NCBI RefSeq assembly: GCF_006345805.1
Contig: NW_021836434.1
Coordinates: 1-24,353 of the forward strand
DNA length: 24,353 bases
Source of the DNA: Octopus sinensis
Taxonomy: Eukaryota
Direction of reading: 5' to 3'
Position numbers and translations under genes: made by a program. Under the pieces are notes generated by a model that saw only the letters and a list, made by a program, of their open reading frames with translations, made no database searches and was not told the DNA's origin. Each line of letters starts with the position of its first letter. The stretch's first letter is position 1. Below, in pieces: positions 21,880 to 24,353 of this stretch.

Positions 21880-22283
21880 CATACATACATACACTACATA
21901 CATGTACATATACACATACACACACATATATATACACACACATACATATATCAACAATTGAGTGTAAAGTTAATTAGTTATTAATCAATTTCACCAAGTA
22001 TCAGTATGTAAAAAGGACCATTATTTTTATGAGTAAACAATGTCTGAGGGAAAATATTCTCTAAGTAGTGGAAGACGCTAAAAACTTTTTTGGCTGCTAT
22101 TTCTAGAAAGTTCAGTATGCGGCAAAGCAATCCATTTCACTAAGCCCTAATTATATAATATTTTATACATACATACACATACATACACACATACATATAC
22201 ACATACATATGCATACACACATATATACATATATACATACATACATCTATACATATATACACACACACACACACCACACACGC

Positions 22284-22326
<43 letters not shown>

Positions 22327-22430
22327 TACATACATACACGCACACACACATAATACATGCGTATATTCCTACTATACCCATACATTTCTATACATATATA
22401 CGATACACGTATACAAGCGTGCACATACAA
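19640..22430. repeat. About 2.8-kb compound (CA/TA/CATA) microsatellite field with small unique islands
   Basis: Low-complexity tracts with unique islands near 20040-20170, 20640-20770 and 21950-22150. Confidence 0.9.
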
Positions 22431-22535
22431 TATGTGAAAGGTCTTAGGAGAAAAGGTAATCGGGGGTGCTAGGGGAACGGTGGGATTGGGGGGGGTTTGT
22501 GGGTGGGGTGTCATCAATCTGGTTGCCGGGTAGGT

Positions 22536-22857
22536 CTATAGTTCTTGTAGTTCGCATACTTTCTTATGCATACAATTTGGGGGAGTGTTCTGAGATTTTG
22601 TTAAGGAGAGGGCCTTTGGCGAACAAGATCTCTAGGCTCTTCGATATGCAGAGGTCACAGCAGGTATGGCCTCCTGTGTACGAGCGCGCCTTCTGTAGTA
22701 GTTTCCACTTGGTCTTGAAGGGGATGGAGTTCCTTTTAAGGTACCAGATGTGGGCGGCGAGAGTAGTTTGGTTGGATTTATCCTGTCGCCGGAACGAGTG
22801 TGTGTGTGCGTACCAACGGGTCTTAAAGCTGTTTGACGTCATTCCGATGTAGAAATT
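22536..22857 (-). pseudogene. Penelope-like GIY-YIG endonuclease C-terminal remnant
   Basis: NFYIGMTSNSFKTRWYAHTHSFRRQDKSNQTTLAAHIWYLKRNSIPFKTKWKLLQKARSYTGGHTCCDLCISKSLEILFAKGPLLNKISE shows the YIG motif (22851-22843), FKTRW..H..SF, C..C and LLNK.SE typical of PLE endonucleases. A 1-nt shift restores CMHKKVCELQEL*. The GIY half and RT are absent. Confidence 0.85.
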
Positions 22858-23081
22858 TATTTTTTAATTTTTTTTATTTATTCTTCTATCTAATTTAACA
22901 CTGACTCCTTGACCACTCCCCAAGTATGATAGTTTGCGCTATGCCTACCCCCAAAAAAGTCCCCCACCACACCCCTTTAAACCTGCCTAAATGTATAAAT
23001 GCCAATACAATTCTTGTTAACTAGCTTCCTGAAGATTTCTCTTGAATGAAACAGTTCTAGTCTGTAGAAGCTCCTTCTATA

Positions 23082-23091
<10 letters not shown>
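22856..23091 (+). mobile_element. Inverted Penelope-like pseudo-LTR fused to the truncation point of the GIY-YIG ORF
   Basis: Reverse complement of 19337-19575. It ends just after AATAAA (23083-23088) and runs into (TA)n. Confidence 0.8.
23023..23072 (+). ncRNA. Type I hammerhead ribozyme (PLE-associated)
   Basis: AGCTTC 23023-28, CTGAAGA 23029-35, stem II region 23036-47, GAAA 23048-51, CAG 23052-54, loop TTCTAGT, CTGT 23062-65, A 23066 (cleavage after), GAAGCT 23067-72. Confidence 0.75.
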
Positions 23092-23148
<57 letters not shown>

Positions 23149-23339
23149 ATATATGTATGTGTGTGTGTGTGTGTGTGTGTGTGGTGGTGTGTGTGTGGTG
23201 TATGTGTGTATAAGCATGCACACATATGTATGAATGTGTACATATATAAATACCATATATAATCAATATTATAACCATACATACACAGACACACACGCGC
23301 GCACATATGTTATCTCTCCTATAACCTGTTTCCGTTTTG

Positions 23340-24110
23340 GGACTGCAGGCTAACAGGACCACTAGCTTGAAGGTTGTAGTCTAGCAAACCGACTACAGGA
23401 CACATCACACTGATGTGGCCTCCAGGGTGAGCTTCTGTCACGTAAGGAAGCAATGAAGTGCTTCAGACAAAACACACTGAAGTGGCCTGCTATGCCACGC
23501 ATGATATCTTGTCCTTCATCCCTCAACTGTAACATTCACCTCCACCCCACTGAGTAACTGGATAAGGTCTGGGATGTTTCCTATTTTCTTCGATTTGATA
23601 TGGTGGATGAATTCCACTGAGATTCGAAACCGAAACATCCTCTACATTTTCTTCATTCTGAGAAATGCCTTACTTCCTTCCAAAGTTACACAGGTCAACG
23701 ACCACCAGATGCTTAGCTTAAGTGGAATTATCTCTATCTTAATGTAACAGGTCCTTCTTCATAAAGACGTTGAACACAGGATGAGCTCCTGTCGCGTAAG
23801 GAAGCAGTGAAGTGCTTCGGTCTGTAGGTTTCGCCCATGAAGAGGATTTTCATACTCCCTAACTGCCTTGATGACATGCACCGCCTCTTCTCACATGTCA
23901 TTCACGGCTCTTTCCACCTAGGCGTGTGTCGCTGCATTTGGCTGTCAGATTTTAACGGACACCTCTACAGCATTGCTCTCTGCAGTACGGTTGCTACGAT
24001 GATAACTTGTGCTCTCGTCCCTTTCATCCCTACAAGCTGTTTTACTGTGTCCTGCGTGTCTCCTTGTCATTTAGACAGATCGAGAAGTAACGTGTTGGTT
24101 TCGCTTATTT
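23340..24110 (-). pseudogene. Decayed ORF1/gag-like remnant related to the 14193-15399 protein
   Basis: Minus-strand IPDLIQLLSGVEVNVTVEG*RTRYHAWHS-GHFSVFC (23575-23467) aligns with FPDFLRMAGHGTAPVILEGRPPKCHLCLKPGHIKRNC. A second GHISVMCP lies at 23420-23397. THA*VERAV resembles EAEWIEKTI. Many stops and frameshifts. Confidence 0.6.
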
Positions 24111-24240
24111 GCCCATGGGAGTCGATCCCATCGCTTTGTCGTTATTTTCGTTATTGTTACCACCACTGCTGTAGTCAGTTTTGATGTTGTAGTTGTTGAT
24201 AATGTTCTTGTCGTTGTTGTTGTTCCTATGCATGCTTACA

Positions 24241-24353
24241 GTTGTTTGTTCCTTTTCGAGCCACGCCTGGCTCATACGGCTGGTTTCCCGGTTTCCTTGG
24301 CGTATAGGTTCCCCACCTGGACGGGACGCCGGTCCGTCGCAGGTGAGCTGCAA
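24241..24353 (-). mobile_element. SINE 3' tail (tail X), truncated by the window edge
   Basis: Reverse complement 'ctgcgacggaccggcgtcccgtccagg...acgccaaggaaaccgggaaaccagcc' matches the tail of 346-588 and ends in a (CAA)-rich run. Confidence 0.7.

Noticed and set aside
22466-22852. 128-aa plus-strand ORF
   Set aside because: Antisense shadow of the GIY-YIG remnant.
23837-24184. 115-aa plus-strand ORF
   Set aside because: No recognisable motif; it is antisense to the decayed ORF1-like remnant and ends in a microsatellite.

Overview
AT-rich, microsatellite-saturated eukaryotic DNA. It most resembles an octopod (coleoid cephalopod) genome; this is inferred from recalled SINE families and repeat density and is not verified. 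No host protein-coding gene can be called with confidence, and most ORFs in the supplied track are translations of (TA)n/(CA)n/(ATT)n tracts. The window is mainly a stack of mobile elements: about a dozen tRNA-derived SINE copies or fragments of several families, an (AAT)n-tailed non-LTR 3' fragment, a mariner-type MITE and Penelope-like (PLE) fragments. Highlight 1 is a 2.1-kb GC-rich element at 13584-15718, bounded by a 16-17 bp target-site duplication (TSD) and inserted between the A and B boxes of a SINE. It encodes only an ORF1/gag-like protein (putative RRM-like region, one CCHC knuckle reached via a +1 shift in a C8 run, an NLS-like basic patch and a 94-aa C-terminal segment I cannot assign). 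It has 5x29-bp 5' monomers, a duplicated two-hairpin 3' module and no ORF2/RT. A decayed relative lies at about 23340-24110. Highlight 2 is a pair of type I hammerhead ribozyme folds in inverted PLE terminal repeats (19356-19406 minus, 23023-23072 plus) next to a GIY-YIG remnant, plus a third minimal dimer-type hammerhead candidate at 12832-12877. Highlight 3 is a near-perfect fold-back with 87-89 bp arms at 8659-8840.
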